From contig CM022670.1 of NCBI GenBank assembly GCA_012295275.1, positions 16,058,001-16,122,000 on the forward strand: a stretch of 64,000 bases of DNA, given 5' to 3'. Below are positions 25,601 through 38,555 of the stretch, piece by piece (position 1 is the first letter of the stretch; each line of letters begins with the position of its first letter). The notes below the pieces were generated by a model. The model was not told where the DNA came from, searched no databases, and worked only from the letters and a program-made list of their open reading frames with translations. The stretch comes from Chrysomallon squamiferum. Its lineage: Eukaryota; Animalia; Mollusca. Both the position numbers and the translations under genes were made by a program.

Positions 25601-28600
25601 AGTCAGATAAATGTCTAAGAATTATTTTTTTTTTTTTAAATTTAAAAAAAAGAAAAAGAAAGAAACATTCAAGAACATAGAAACAAAAATATTTAGTTTA
25701 GCAATCCAGGGGAAGCAACTGCTAGATATTCAATTAAACAGAGAAATTTTGAGATACTATTTTCATTATTTGGTAGATTAATTTTTAATAAAGAATTTGT
25801 GGATGAGTGCCATTAATGAATATGGTAATATTTCAGACTGGGATAACAGAATATTTATACTTTTTTTTTTTTTCAATTTATGAAATTAAGTAAAACTGCA
25901 AATACTTGTTAATGTAGTGACTTACTGGCACATTTTTTATAAATTTAATGCAGTCTGACAGATTTGAAAAAACCTCCATGTTGTGGGAATTAATGAAGAA
26001 GCTGATAGCATCATGCCTCTGTTTTAGTATTTTGTGATTTTTCAGAGGTCGAAGAAACCACAGCCTGATTGTGAAGAATTAAATAAAATATATACAGACT
26101 AGAATCACATTAATAGCATATATACGAGAATCAATGTTACAAAAATAAAACAAAAATTAATTTAAAATTTTTGTCAGTTATACCATGAATTTCTTTCTTG
26201 ACAAAGTATTATTTTAATTTTATTTATTAATTAAAAATGATTGAGGTGTCATAAAATGAAAATTTCTTATTTTAATATTTTGTAGTTTACCTTTGGTTCC
26301 TTTCTTGACAAAGTATTTTTTTTTTTTTTTTTAAATAAATGTTAATTAAAAATTACCTAGCTGTTGTAAAATAAATATTTCTTATTTAAATGTGCGTATT
26401 GTTACCTCAGCATTCTGCTACCTATCTGTGACTTGCAACAGTTCAAAATTCCTGAGACATAAATTTAAATAGAAATAAAATTCAGTCACATCATAATTAA
26501 TTAATGATATTTATATTATAGTCAGTTCTTGGTTATTTAATCTTCTAGGTGTTCTGAACTGTTATAACATTCTGCAGCATTTATTCAGTAAGAATATGGA
26601 CTGAACATCCAAGAAAAACCTTTTTGATTCATCAATTTAGCTGTTTATTTCTGAACACAAAATTTACATTATATTACAAAAAAGTTAAATTAAATATGAT
26701 TTATATTCAGCTGTAACATGAATAACATTATCCTGCTGTTACAAGTTTTTTTTTATTTATGTTTTTTTTTATAAGTAACAAATATATTACCAAATATTAG
26801 TATTATAAAATAATTATACAACATAATTATATTGTTACCAAAAAGACTGAGTCCTTCTTTTGCACTGTTGTGGCAGCCTGCTTTGTAAACTGAAGGGTGT
26901 GCCTCTCTGTGAAATATCTGCAGAGCACTAGAAAAACACTTTTTAATTATAACTTTTAAATAACAATAATGATAATCTTAAAAAGATGGCAGATAAAATA
27001 CAAAAGTTTTAAGAATACAAGTTGAAAATATAAACATGATCATTCTTTAAATATGAGTATTATTTAAAAAAATAAAAAAATAAAAAACCAATAAAAGAAA
27101 ATTAAAATAAATAACTAAATAAATAACAAAAAAACATAGACTATCTATCTAAAGTAAGTATACTGCTGAATTTAAAAAATACAAAAAATAACAAATATAT
27201 TTTTTTTTTTATGTCACATAATATTTAGTGAAATAATTTATGTCATGTTATTAATGAAAACAAATAAAGATTTATAAAAACCTGTAAGCTGTATCATCCA
27301 GAATCATGTGATCATCTCTGAAAACAAAAGGGAGATAATACGTAATAAAGATGAAAATGTTTATAGGTGATAAATGTACATAAGTATTAAAAATTAAGTG
27401 ACTTTCAATATAAATTTAATAAATTACAAGATTACATTACAACAGACAACTCACAGTGAAAAGATGGAAAGTTCTAAGACTGGAACTCTTGTTTCAGCAT
27501 CTTCCAGTTCAATTCCAACTCTCATTTTCTCCAGGTACTTAATTAACCCACCTGCAGCTCTGACCTGGTTTACAGGTAAAGTTTAAAAAGTACTTTTGTA
27601 TAAAGAATTCCTATTTAGAGCTAAAAGCATCAGTGTATTTCAAGGACAGGTGTTTTTTAGTAATAAGATGAGTAAAGTTATTTTTTAATGCTGTGTTTTT
27701 CACTAACACTGATCATAAAAAATATATATCTACTTTATATAAATTATATAAACAAATTCAAATTAATCAGCTCATAAGTTAAAACAATTATTAAAACAAA
27801 TAAGATTATAAATCATCTGACTAATAAGAATAAGACTGTGAGATGTAAGGGGTTTTTTGTTTGTTTTGTTTTGAATATAGTATCCCTTTTTTTTTTTTTT
27901 TTTGCAGTGTTATTGTTTTTCTTTTTGTTGTTGTTGAGGTTTTTTGCCTATCTTTCTGATAAGAGTTTTCTTATGTCAGAATACAAACACTTATTTTCAT
28001 TCAACCTGAACTTTGACTCCTCTTGTTTCCTGTTGATATATTTTTGTGATGGCATCTATAATAGAACACCGACTGAAATAATAAACTCCGAGAGGAAATA
28101 AAGTTACCATGCATGAGCATTCAAATGGCACGAGAGACGACATGTAGAGAGTTCTCTCTGAATCATTGTAATGAGCGGGAAGAGAGGGCAAGCTGAGAGA
28201 CAGGATACGTCTTTTGCAGATCTCCACAGCTGTAAAATGAAACTTCACTGAGAAACACTTCTGAAATTTGTTAAAATGTCACTGCTTTGTTTCATGAAAG
28301 AAGTCATTTTTCAGTTCCATGCATACATCTGAACATTCCCACCTGCAGCTTATTACGTGATCATTCATTTAAAATTTTCTGCCTGGTTTGCATGAACTCA
28401 AATCACTGTATTTAGTAATTACAGAAATTACTCAGATAGCTTACCCCTTATAAAGAATTGTGTTTTTTTTTTTTTTTTTTTTTTTTTTAATTAAAATAAA
28501 TGAAAAATGTGAGCTGATGATCTTTTTATTGGTTGAAGGAATTTCTTGAACTTGTCACAACTTAAAAAACTAAAAACATGACCATTTCATTAAAATAAAT

Positions 28601-31600
28601 GATTAAATTTAGAAGATTATTTTTCTTTTATACACATGTTTGTCAAATAATCATAGTTAATTGACTATTATTATTCAGTGCATCAAGGGTAATATTTGCT
28701 ATAATTAATGTAAGCACTACATCATGGCTAACATTTGCTATAACTAGTGTGAAGACTACATCAAGGGTAATATTTGCTATAATTAGTGAAGGACTACATC
28801 AAGGGTAATATTTGCTATAATTAGTGAAGAACTACATCAAGGGTAATATTTGCTATAATTAGTGAAGGACTACATCAAGGGTAATATTTGCTATAATTAG
28901 TGAAGGACTACATCAAGGGTAATATTTACTATAATTAGCATATGGAACTACATGAAATGTAATCTTTGCTACAATTATACAGTGTATGACTGCATGAAGG
29001 TTAATATATGCTATAATTACAGTTTATGGAGTACATCAAGAGTAATATATGATATAATTACAAAATGATTGGACTTCATCTCGAGTAATCGTCTAGCTAC
29101 TGACTGTTGATAGAACTCTGTTTTTAAGTAAACAAGTCAGATTCTGTGTCATTAACTGTAACATGCACACACTGACATACACACAAAACATTATATATTC
29201 CATTATCTAGAAGAAAAGAAAAGAAAAAAAGGAAAGGAAATGTTATACAGAAAAATATTTTAAAAATTAAAGATTTTGTTTCAGCTGAAAAAAAGCAAAA
29301 ACAAAAGTCATGAAGTACTGCACAAAAGTATCACTTACAAAACTGAATACTTGGTAGAAACTGTAACACTTCCGAGTCTTTACTATCACCAGAGGGCGTT
29401 TCATACACTGCTGAAACTACAGTATCAAGCTGTACATTAAATCATGTTTTCTAATTGGAACAAATACTTTCAACATTCCAGCATTGAATTAAAGTTAATA
29501 TATAGAAAAAGGCAATACTATACAATACCATTCAATAAAATAAAATAGTGCTTCTCTTTTTTTTTTTCTTGCACATTAACTCAAATGAGTTTTTACTTTG
29601 ACATAATTTAATAAAATAATATTAAAATGAAGTATAACAAATCACATTTTTTAATGAAAAAGCACATAGTATCACCTATTTTATTTATGAAAAACATAAA
29701 TTTAAAACACTTTCTAATAAAAATAGTTCTATTTTCAAACAGTGGTAGAAAATAAAATAGAAAATTTACCAAATTCTTTCAAAGTTTTTATTAGTCGCTC
29801 ATCTTGTTTGGAACTGACAATTAGTTTATTTGGCTCAAGCTGCACAAGTGCTGAATAAAAAATTAATTATCCAAAAAAGTTTAAATATGAAAATTATATA
29901 CACAATAACATTTTTAGAATTATCTTTCCATTATTACAATTATCACAATTCTTTGAAAATAACTTTCCAAACTTTACAGTCATTTGTTATATTGTTTCTC
30001 AAGAAAGAGAGAAATATAATAAGAATATAACATTCTTATGAATATTTTTATAACCTCTGTTTACATCCCTTATAACCTAAAAAAATAAATACTAAGAGAA
30101 TTAAATTAATAAATCAAAATTTCAAAACCGATATTTTCTTTTAAACTAAACATTTTACTGAAAACTTAATCAGAATTTATTTAGTTGGTTTGAGGATACA
30201 AACCTCTCTTCAGCAGACTAAAGTCATCTGTTTCCATGGTGTCCATCATCAGATAGATCTGAAGACTGTCAAGGTCATAGTAAGCCATTCCAAGTTGACC
30301 TGACTGCCAAACAACACTGAGATACAGCTGGGGAAAAAAAAAAAAATTTAATTTTACATTCAACTGTTTGAATGGAATACTGTCCATTGTCTTCAAAAAT
30401 ATATTTTTGTTTTGTTTTGTTTTTTTGCTTGTTTCTTGCACATAATGAGTTTTTGAGACAAACTTTTTTTATTTTTAAATTGAAGGTTGATACTATAAAT
30501 GTTGGTTTTTTTCTCTTTTTTTTAACTCTACTTAATTTCATTTATTGTGTTTTAGGGATGTACTTTTTTATTATTTATATTAAAGGCCAACAGATGATTT
30601 TATAAAAAGAGGGATGAGAGAAATAAAATAATATATTTTTGTTCATGATTAATGACTAACATTAATGATTTAGCAAATATAGCTTTATTAAGTTTATTTT
30701 AATTAATTTAAATAATAATAATAATAATAAATGGTTTCTAAGCATAAACAAGCTGTAGAAAACTAAAAATTAATTGGAAGTTTTATAAAATTAAGGAAAA
30801 AAGTTAAATTTCATATGGCAAGTTTGGATATAATATATGATTACATTACAAAATAAAATAATTGTAACATCATACTAAACATCTCAGAAGTGTGGAGAAA
30901 CCTATTACAAATAATACAAATATCAGTTTAAAAAACCCCAATAATTTGCATCTCACTTATTTAAATATTTTAAATTTTATTTATGACTGAAAAAAAATAT
31001 ATATTTCAAATTTTAACAAAGCTTACTTTTAATAAATAATTAATGTAATATGGGTTAAAAATAAATTTTATTGGAATTAGTTTCAAAGCAGATCAAGAAA
31101 CAAACTGGATTATAATTTGTTGTAATTAATATTTTGCATTTAAAATGCATACAGAGTGTAATTCTCTGAATTATGAAAGTAAAATAATATATTGTTATAT
31201 CTATATTCTAGTGAATAGAAACAAAAGATCTAATAAATTTAAACTGCTGATCTCTAATACACTTATCAGAGGAAAATATGCATCATGTTTTAAATCTTCA
31301 ACAGGAATTTTAAAAGGAAAATAATAAATAAATAAATAAATAAAGCAAAAGCTAATCAAAAAATAATAATATAAATACTGTATTTGTTAATCATATATGG
31401 CTGAACACTGGAACATATGATAAAGATTATTTTACAAAACAAATACTCTATGAATTCCTTTTTTAACTTTTCTTATATTTTTGTTTTTAAACTGTTATTT
31501 ATTTTAAAAAAATGAGTTAAAGTATATTTTATTTTATTTATCCTTTTTATTTTGCTTTCTTTCTTTTTTCTACATCACATAATTTGTCTGTTACATATTA

Positions 31601-32615
31601 CATTTTATATAAATAAGCAGGAATACATGCATTTTGTATAATATAATTATGTGTATTATTATTTTTATTTAACAATTACAACCTACACTGTTTTTCTTGC
31701 TTTTCAATTAGATTAAATGTAGAAGACTTTAGACATAAACAAGAACAGGATGTATGTGTGAAGGCGATGGAAAGATGAGATAGACAGAAAACAAAATCAG
31801 GAAATGTCTGCTTCCTCCAGATCTGTATGTGACAGGAGTTCACAGGGTAAACATGTGACAGGTATTTTATGTTTGAATTCTAATAAATTGTCTTCTTCTC
31901 TGAAGAGGTCATTTACAAAACAGCCCTTAATGATTATTCACTCTGTGAATTTTGTTTTATAAACAAATATATATATATTTTAAATAATGTATTAAGAAAC
32001 TAAAAATTAGTTTCATAATACCAATCTGGTAATTATTTTGGAGACTTTAACAAGAAAAACTTATTGCACAGAAAAAAAAAATAATAATTAAAAAAATATA
32101 ATGAATACTTACTGTTAAATATACTTTAATTTTTCTATTAATAAAATGTGATGATTTTATTTCATTCTCTTTTCTTTTTAATCTTATTATTTTGTTTTTT
32201 TATTTATTTTTTTTAGTAATTTGATGCTAACCAAAATATAACTGATTTATATTTTTTTAATAACTTTTACAATTGTAGTGTTAAAAAATATTAAACTTAC
32301 TAAATTTTTTATTTTTATTTTTTCAATGAAGCAATAAAAAGATTAAGTTTTTCTTACTTCTGACTTGACATCAGATGAATCAGTAGTCAGACCATCTCTC
32401 ACTCTCTGGATGTCACTAACTTTTACATTATCCTCATCCATACTTTCTTCTAAAACAGATTTGTTAATAGACTGTGGAACTGATGGTATTGATTCTGTTT
32501 GTCTTTGTATTAATGAGACTGGAGATGATAAAGACATGGTCTGTGAAGTCACATTTCCAAGTGATAATAATGTTTTTGAACTGTGAGGAGTCCATCCAGG
32601 AAGGTCAGAAGTCAT
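15113..32615 (-). CDS. MSH5: MutS homolog 5 (meiotic MutS-gamma subunit), 27 coding exons, about 871 aa
   Basis: Exons: 32358-32615, 30204-30327, 29770-29850, 29339-29410, 28108-28229, 27455-27564, 27282-27317, 26839-26927, 26406-26451, 25926-26064, 25482-25544, 24982-25053, 24440-24496, 24130-24202, 23414-23523, 22706-22780, 21806-21851, 21125-21166, 20785-20881, 19833-19922, 19146-19272, 18860-19009, 18460-18534, 17666-17809, 16969-17106, 15607-15680, 15113-15218. All are GT-AG, phases are compatible, total 2616 nt. Motifs: HPSVYK...[14 protein letters not shown], Walker [26 protein letters not shown], Walker B DEFGKGT (MSH5-type), THFH, SYALHVA. The start ATG at 32615 is the first in-frame ATG of that exon; an upstream coding exon is not excluded. 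Confidence 0.96.
15646..16030. repeat. 4 diverged ~90-110 bp tandem copies spanning an MSH5 intron/exon (acceptor) boundary
   Basis: AGAATAGGTTTGTTGTGTYGATATAACTCCATTACCTAMAYA...TTCTAATTAATATCAAAATAAAT recurs at about 15646, 15748, 15839 and 15947; the first copy overlaps exon 15607-15680. Confidence 0.92.
16613..16886. mobile_element. Non-autonomous pogo/Tigger-type DNA transposon (MITE), Tigger4/MER46-like
   Basis: TA at 16611-12 and 16887-88 (TSD). Imperfect TIRs CAGTTTGAGAATCTCTTATC / GATAAGGGATCCTTAACCGG (15/20 matching). Subterminal GATTTT repeats at both ends. Confidence 0.8.
17300..17685. repeat. ~44-76 bp tandem array containing copies of an MSH5 splice donor
   Basis: GTGACAAACTGATRTAATTGTAGT...TTTTACCWGGTATTT recurs about 7 times; the last copy is the real donor of exon 17666-17809. 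Confidence 0.92.
17950..18425. repeat. ~120 bp degenerate tandem repeat, 3-4 copies, MSH5 intron
   Basis: ATTTAAATATTT.TAAA.A.GAGATTTGTAAATGGATATAAAGAAAAAGTA recurs at about 18044, 18165 and 18264. Confidence 0.85.
22471..22620. repeat. ~150 bp inverted repeat (foldback/MITE-like) with a central (TA)n tract
   Basis: AACAGCAAAGACTAGGTGTTAATAAAA (22475-22501) is the reverse complement of TTTTATTAGCACCTAGTCTTTGCTGTT (22590-22616) with 1 mismatch. Confidence 0.85.
23570..24080. repeat. ~180 bp degenerate tandem triplication, MSH5 intron
   Basis: GTTCATTCCTC..GATACACAAT....TCTCAAA....ATTTATCTTAATAAA recurs at about 23643, 23830 and 24013. Confidence 0.8.
28681..29090. repeat. 38-39 bp minisatellite, about 10 copies
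   Basis: Unit CATCAAGGGTAATATTTGCTATAATTAGTGAAGGACTA; the central copies are near-identical and the flanks decay. Confidence 0.95.
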
Positions 32616-33725
32616 GCTGTTTTTTCTGTGTTTTGTTTTTTTCAAAAATCTGAAGTCAAGAAAATGTATATTTTAACCCAACTTTCTGTATGATAGTAAA
32701 GATTTAAAATAATTTATAAAGGATAAATTTACACCATCTTTGGATTTCTGTTTTCTTTTAATACAAATAAAATATTTTTTAGCATTATATTCTTAGACAT
32801 GAGGTCTTTATAGACATTTCTAATTTATTTTTTAAGTAGCTAAAGACAGTCAACTGAATGTGAAGTATCTATTTGTAATACTGAATGTTTATTTAAATGA
32901 ACTTTATTGCTAATTTTTCATGGAGTACATTTTGTACAAGCATTTAGAATAAACACTCAATAACACAATACAGATTAAAAATACAAATTCATTGTGCCAA
33001 ATTATAGTTGGTCCTTTTCCAATTTGAAAGAAAAGTTTTAGTAATGTCTATGTGTGATAGGAAAACATCACTGAATATTTGTTACATCATTAAAGTCACT
33101 CTGCTGATGTAATGGTTCTTTGTAACAAGCATTATGTAAAGTTGTAATTTTTATTCTTTAATTCCAACTATCTGAATTAAAACAAGATTTTACATTGGAT
33201 ACTTGTATCATACTTAATAATCACTTAATTTATTACTGTTAAGTAGCATTTCTTTTTCTCTTTATATAATTTACTTTTCTCCAAAATGTTTTTGTTTTCT
33301 CTTTTAATCTATGGTACGGTTTTATGTTAATTTATAATATTATTTAGGAACATATAAAATCATGTTATTATATACAAGAACATCTCAACTGTTTGCTGCT
33401 AAAAAAGAAAATAAATCTGGTTTATTATATTTCTTTTGTTTGGAATCTGCATGCCTTTAAAATGAAGAAAGAAGTCTAAACATTTGTAAACATTTCCTAA
33501 CAAGTTATCGCATACTAAACCAGATAAAAACCACTCAAGAAAGACAACTCTTCGTTGCTTGTACCTTTATAATTATTTAAAAAATATATTTCTTGTTTGT
33601 AGGAAAACATTACGCATTTATGAATTTTTACAAACAGTTATTAACGATTAGTTAATTTTGTTCAAATAATTCGTGACTATACTAATGCTTCTTTATTTTA
33701 TTATTTGATTTCCAAAATTTTGATG

Positions 33726-33737
33726 TTTCCCGCCAAA
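33726..33737. promoter_or_regulatory. Canonical E2F site in the MSH5/Jun divergent promoter region
   Basis: TTTCCCGCCAAA, a full-length E2F consensus in very AT-rich surroundings, upstream of MSH5. Confidence 0.65.
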
Positions 33738-33948
33738 CGGAACGAACAGGTTTATATCAGTACAAGTTCAGCACATGACATTTATTTTTATATCAAGTTA
33801 TTTTACACACATACATATATATATTTTTATTTTATTTTATTATTTGGTCATATTATAAATAGCGAAAAATAAAAATATATATAAGTGAATATCCAAATAT
33901 GAAAAAAATAATAATAATTCTCAAAGATAGAAATAATCTATTTTTAGA

Positions 33949-34290
33949 GGGAATCCCATTCCATATTTGGAAAGAATAAAATGGTACGTTTTTAATACGT
34001 CAGATGATTTAGCATATCCCACAATTCAATGCAGCCGTCTATTTCTGTTACAACCAATAGTAAATTTTGTATTGCCGAATGCTCACGTGGTACATGATAT
34101 CATCAAGAACCAATGGGTGTGCGTAGACATGATGTCATTATATTTTTAGCTCAGTGACTCATCTATTAAACAGGCGCAAGTCGACTTTTGTTCAGAATTT
34201 AACCACGTTGTGGAAACGATAACACGGATACCTAGGTGCATTAAAAGTGGTGTAACGTCGATATACTTGTCAAAAGTGACTCATCTGTCA
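33949..34290 (+). promoter_or_regulatory. Jun proximal promoter
   Basis: kB-like GGGAATCCC 33949-57; CCAAT 34054 and 34110; E-box CACGTG 34084-89; TGATGTCA 34130-37; MEF2-like ATATTTTTAG 34140-49; AP-1 TGACTCA 34155-61 and 34277-83; TATA-like TATTAAA 34164-70. Confidence 0.75.
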
Positions 34291-34349
34291 GAGGAATCAC
34301 TTATAGTTTGAAAAATATTAACTATATTGTGAATGAGCAGTGCTTCAAA

Positions 34350-35291
34350 ATGGAAATGTCTTTCTATGACAGCAGACCCATTAAAGACGAACAACGGGAT
34401 TTACGAGGAAATTTAAAACGAAAAATGGAATCTCCTTTCGAAGTTGAACCTAATGGAGAAAGAGACGCTGTTGATAGACTGAAGAAAAATATGAAACTGG
34501 ATTTTAATTCAGCTGGAAATAAGAAGACGAAACTAAGTCTCCTTCAGTCACCTGATTTGAATCTCTTAAAGTTAGCATCGCCAGAACTTGAAAAAATGAT
34601 CATTCAAGCCAATGGGATGGTCACCACAACTCCGACACCAACCCAGTTTATATTTCCAAAACATGTCACCGACGAACAAGAAGCCTATGCAAGAGGTTTC
34701 GTGGATGCTTTGGCGGAACTTCACGACAGTACTCAATCGCAGTCTCAATCCCAACTTGTAGCAAAACAAACTAAAGTTTCTACAAGCGTATCACAAACTG
34801 TTAATAAATTTATCACAACAAATGGAAACATGACCTACTCGACCGTCCCCACTGTTTCGCAGACATTGACAACAACAACATCTCTTCCAGGAGGTCTTCT
34901 CAATGTTGACATTTCCAGCACGGTTCCAAAAACAGTTGAGCATGTGAACAATTTCAATTTGTCGAAATTTCAAGTGAAAGAAGAACCGCAGTGTGTCCCC
35001 AGTTTGGATTGCACCCCACCCCTTTCGCCAATTAATATGGACAATCAGGAAATCATTAAGCTAGAAAGGAAGAGGGCCAGAAATAGGGTAGCAGCGAGAA
35101 AGTGTAGAACAAGGAAGCTGGAACGAATCTCACGACTTGAAGAGAAAGTAGCAGATTTAAAAGGACAAAATACTGAACTGTCAACGACGGCGTCCAACCT
35201 CAGGGACCAAGTGTGTAAATTAAAAAAACAAATTATTGACCATGTGAACAGTGGATGTCAGATAATGATGTCGCCAAATTTCACGTTTTGA
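34350..35291 (+). CDS. JUN: Jun / AP-1 bZIP transcription factor, intronless, 313 aa
   Basis: ATG at 34350 (MEMSFYD). Delta-domain LKKNMKLDF; JNK sites [22 protein letters not shown] and TTTPTPTQF; [13 protein letters not shown]; VKEEPQ; TPPLSP degron; basic region [29 protein letters not shown]; leucine zipper ending HVNSGC. Confidence 0.98.
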   Translation: MEMSFYDSRPIKDEQRDLRGNLKRKMESPFEVEPNGERDAVDRLKKNMKLDFNSAGNKKTKLSLLQSPDLNLLKLASPELEKMIIQANGMVTTTPTPTQFIFPKHVTDEQEAYARGFVDALAELHDSTQSQSQSQLVAKQTKVSTSVSQTVNKFITTNGNMTYSTVPTVSQTLTTTTSLPGGLLNVDISSTVPKTVEHVNNFNLSKFQVKEEPQCVPSLDCTPPLSPINMDNQEIIKLERKRARNRVAARKCRTRKLERISRLEEKVADLKGQNTELSTTASNLRDQVCKLKKQIIDHVNSGCQIMMSPNFTF

Positions 35292-35797
35292 AAATGAGGA
35301 AAAGACAGTATTTCAAAAACTGAAAGTGCTATAATACAGAATGTTTTAATTTGAGGTCAAGTTTTCTTGTCTTTCAGATTTACGTTATGTTTGAATATCA
35401 TATGTACATATTATAATATATTACTAAATATCAGAAGTCAAATTTGGGAACTTAAAATGTTTTGTTTTATATATCTATATTAACAAAACGGTAAAATTTA
35501 GCTTGAACTGTAGGTTTAAGTTGGTCCATTTTTGTTTATTAACTTTTAGCCAGTTAAGACTTACAGTGTTGGCTGTTAGTGGACAGTGTCTGTGATGCAA
35601 CGTTGCTGTTGATCAGCTTTTAGTAATATGCAGAATGTTTTAAACAAAAATCTGGACTTGTTTCTGAAGTTTATTTTTGTACATGCAAACATGTATGGAT
35701 ATGAAGATCATTTTGGTGCTTTTTTTTTGTAAGTTCTTTTCTTTTGTATATCACCTTTACAGACTCATTTCAGATTGTATGTATTGAAGCCACAATC

Positions 35798-35841
35798 ATT
35801 AAATTACAAATTTAATATATACTTCTTGTTTGTTTTTTATT
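35798..35841 (+). terminator. Probable Jun polyadenylation signal
   Basis: ATTAAA at 35798-35803 followed about 20 nt later by a U/GU-rich tract CTTCTTGTTTGTTTTTTATT. Confidence 0.45.
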
Positions 35842-38344
35842 TCTATAAATTGCCTTTGACTTTGGACTTTGGATTTATATATATGCTCTGATTAAGGACA
35901 TTTTAGTAACAACATGACTATCATAGTATCTATGTATATAAAATGAAGAAATAATGCTTCATACTAAATTTTAAATTCTTCTTTATGTAAGACATGTTTT
36001 TAATTCGTATCACATATGTTGATGAAATCTAATGAGGTGATATTTAAAGCTGAAAGTGTCATTTGTTATTTTTGCATCTGGATGTACACAATATAAACAC
36101 CACATTTAATTTATACAGGCAATATAGCCTGGAATTAACAAATGTTCAGTGTTGGTTATGTTTATTTCAAAATAAATGTAGTTGAACTTCAAGATCATAA
36201 TATTAGTTGGATTAAGAACTGTAAAGCAAATTTAAAAAAAATGTGCTACTCAGTTATGGTTGTTAAATGCTGCAAATTAATTCAGTTAAAATATTTAATG
36301 GTATCATAACAATCTAATATTAATTATCAGTTTTTGTCAGATGTCACTAAGTGACCATAGATGGCAAAACACTTACCACTGTGTTTGAAACACCAGTTAT
36401 ATAAATAAAATACAGAAGAGACCAATATATGGATTAAGGAGGATTTATCATCAAACAGTGAAAACGTGTTAGTGTCTTCTAATTGCTGAACTTTAGCATA
36501 TACTAAATCATTTTAGTGTACATAAACAAAAGTGACAGCTTCTTATATATTCAGTAAAGAGAAGCAATGAATATTGAATCACAACTCAGCAAATGACAGC
36601 TTATTCTCAAGAGCTTTTGTGTACATAAGTGATCATTTCATAAATATTTGATAAAGTGAAGCAATAAATATTTAATTACACTTAAATAGTTTTTATTATT
36701 AAAAATTACTAGGAGTGTTTTTTAATAGTGATTGCTGCAAACATACCAGTGATATAATCTAATTGTAATTTTTCAAGTTTTAAGACTGAACAAATCCCTT
36801 GTTATACAATAAAATGGTTTGTGTGGATACCTTAGCTAGACTGGGAAATAATTATGTAATGGATGCAACCTGCTTAAATGTAATCGAGATCAGTCCATTA
36901 ATCAGTTTGTACAAGATGTTATATTATTAATAAGAAATACAAAAAAGAACATAAACTGAGAAATTTTAGAGCTATAACGAAGAAGATGGGACAGTTAAAA
37001 GTTTTTAAGTCTTAGCACCAAATAGAATGAATGAACAAACTAATAAAAATGATGTTTCCTAATTCATAATAATTAACAAAATTGTTCTTTTAAAACATAT
37101 ATAATAACAAAAAGCAGCTTGAAATAAAAAATTTAGATTTAATAACAACAATATATTTTCCAATATATAAAACACTTAAAATATTAATGTGTACTAACAG
37201 TGTATTTTTTAAAATTATATTTAAAAAAAAACATTTGTGTGACTGGTTCCTGGATCAATAATGTTCCATTTTACATTTTTCATTTCCTTTAAAACATGTT
37301 TTATGTTTTTAATAAATATTTATAAAGCAAAGATCCTTTCAAATAACTATTAAATACAAAAAGTATGGTCTCAAAAACACCTACTTTCAAAGACATTGTC
37401 TTGCGATCCTGTCTATTACATTTCTAAAGAAACATTTTATAATGTATCTATCTCACATTACCATTTTTAATATGAGTATCAATTACAGCATGTGTTCATA
37501 TAAAAAATATAAAACAATTTTGTTGCTTTCCAACAAATGAAAAGTCTTTCTAAAAAATTTACCTTAAATTTTAGGGTTCCAGAAAGCAAAATACGTATGC
37601 TGTGCCAAAAACAATTAAAGAGAGCTGCATCAGAAACAAGTTGTAGGTTGGACCACACAGAATTAATTTCAGTTTTTTTGGTATTGTCAGTTTCAAACAG
37701 TAATATCCTGTTGTTGTTTTTTTAAATTTTTATCTCAGTTAATTTTTGTAAAAAAGCAGTTTATAGTAATCATTTAGAAAATGTTAATGTCAAGGAAACA
37801 GAATAATATGTTTTATCTGAAAGCAAATAATAACAGTTGTGGAAATATTTAATTATAATTATTTTTGAATATTATTATTATTAATTTTTTTCTTTTTCTT
37901 TTAAAGATGGGAGTTAAAGATTATTTTTTCTGCAATAACCAAAATATTTTAAAAAATAATTATAGTGAAATATTTTTTTTTTTTTTTGTTTTTGTTTACA
38001 TTGATATGAAAGTTTCATGAGAGAGAAAGTATTTAAAACTTGTATCATCTGTAACATATAATTAGTAAATATATATTCAAAAATATGTGTGTTTTTAAAA
38101 AAAAAAATCTAATTTTTAATTAATATATTTTTTTTTAAATTTGTTCGTTTTTCTGTTTATTTAAACATTGTTGTAATGATTTTATTTTGAAATGGTGTAA
38201 CAGGGAGTCTTGTCCTCTTAACTACCATAATTTTATTATTTATATCTGACCGCTTCAAACGTATAATTTCATAAAATATAGTACATTGTACAAAGAGAGA
38301 GAGAAAGCTCCCCCATTTTAGATCCTACATGTCAATCCTTGATG

Positions 38345-38555
38345 TTAAAAATAGCTTAAATCTGCTGACATGACGTCAGTATAAACAAATGTTGAATCTC
38401 CTGATCGTGAGTCATCCATCTATTTATAGTTCAATTGGGAAATCCTAATCACGTGGCTTAGTAGGTGTGCTGGCATTTGGCCGCTTGCCAAAATAGCAGA
38501 CGATACAATAATATTTTGATTAAGTGCCAGGAAACAGAAAATAATAGTACACGTG
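38345..38555. promoter_or_regulatory. Putative stimulus-responsive enhancer 3 kb downstream of Jun
   Basis: MEF2 TTAAAAATAG 38345-54; CRE TGACGTCA 38371-78; AP-1 TGAGTCA 38408-14; MEF2 CTATTTATAG 38420-29; kB-like GGGAAATCC 38437-45; CACGTG 38450-55 and 38550-55. Confidence 0.65.

Noticed and set aside
28681-29090. Possible common origin of this minisatellite and the 3.7-4.8 kb one (shared GTRATATTT..TATAAYT core)
   Set aside because: The shared core is short and AT-rich; the rest of the units do not align.
34308-34349. TTG-initiated N-terminal extension of Jun in the ORF track
   Set aside because: Artefact of alternative start codons; ATG 34350 has good context and matches the Jun N-terminus (ME.xFYD).
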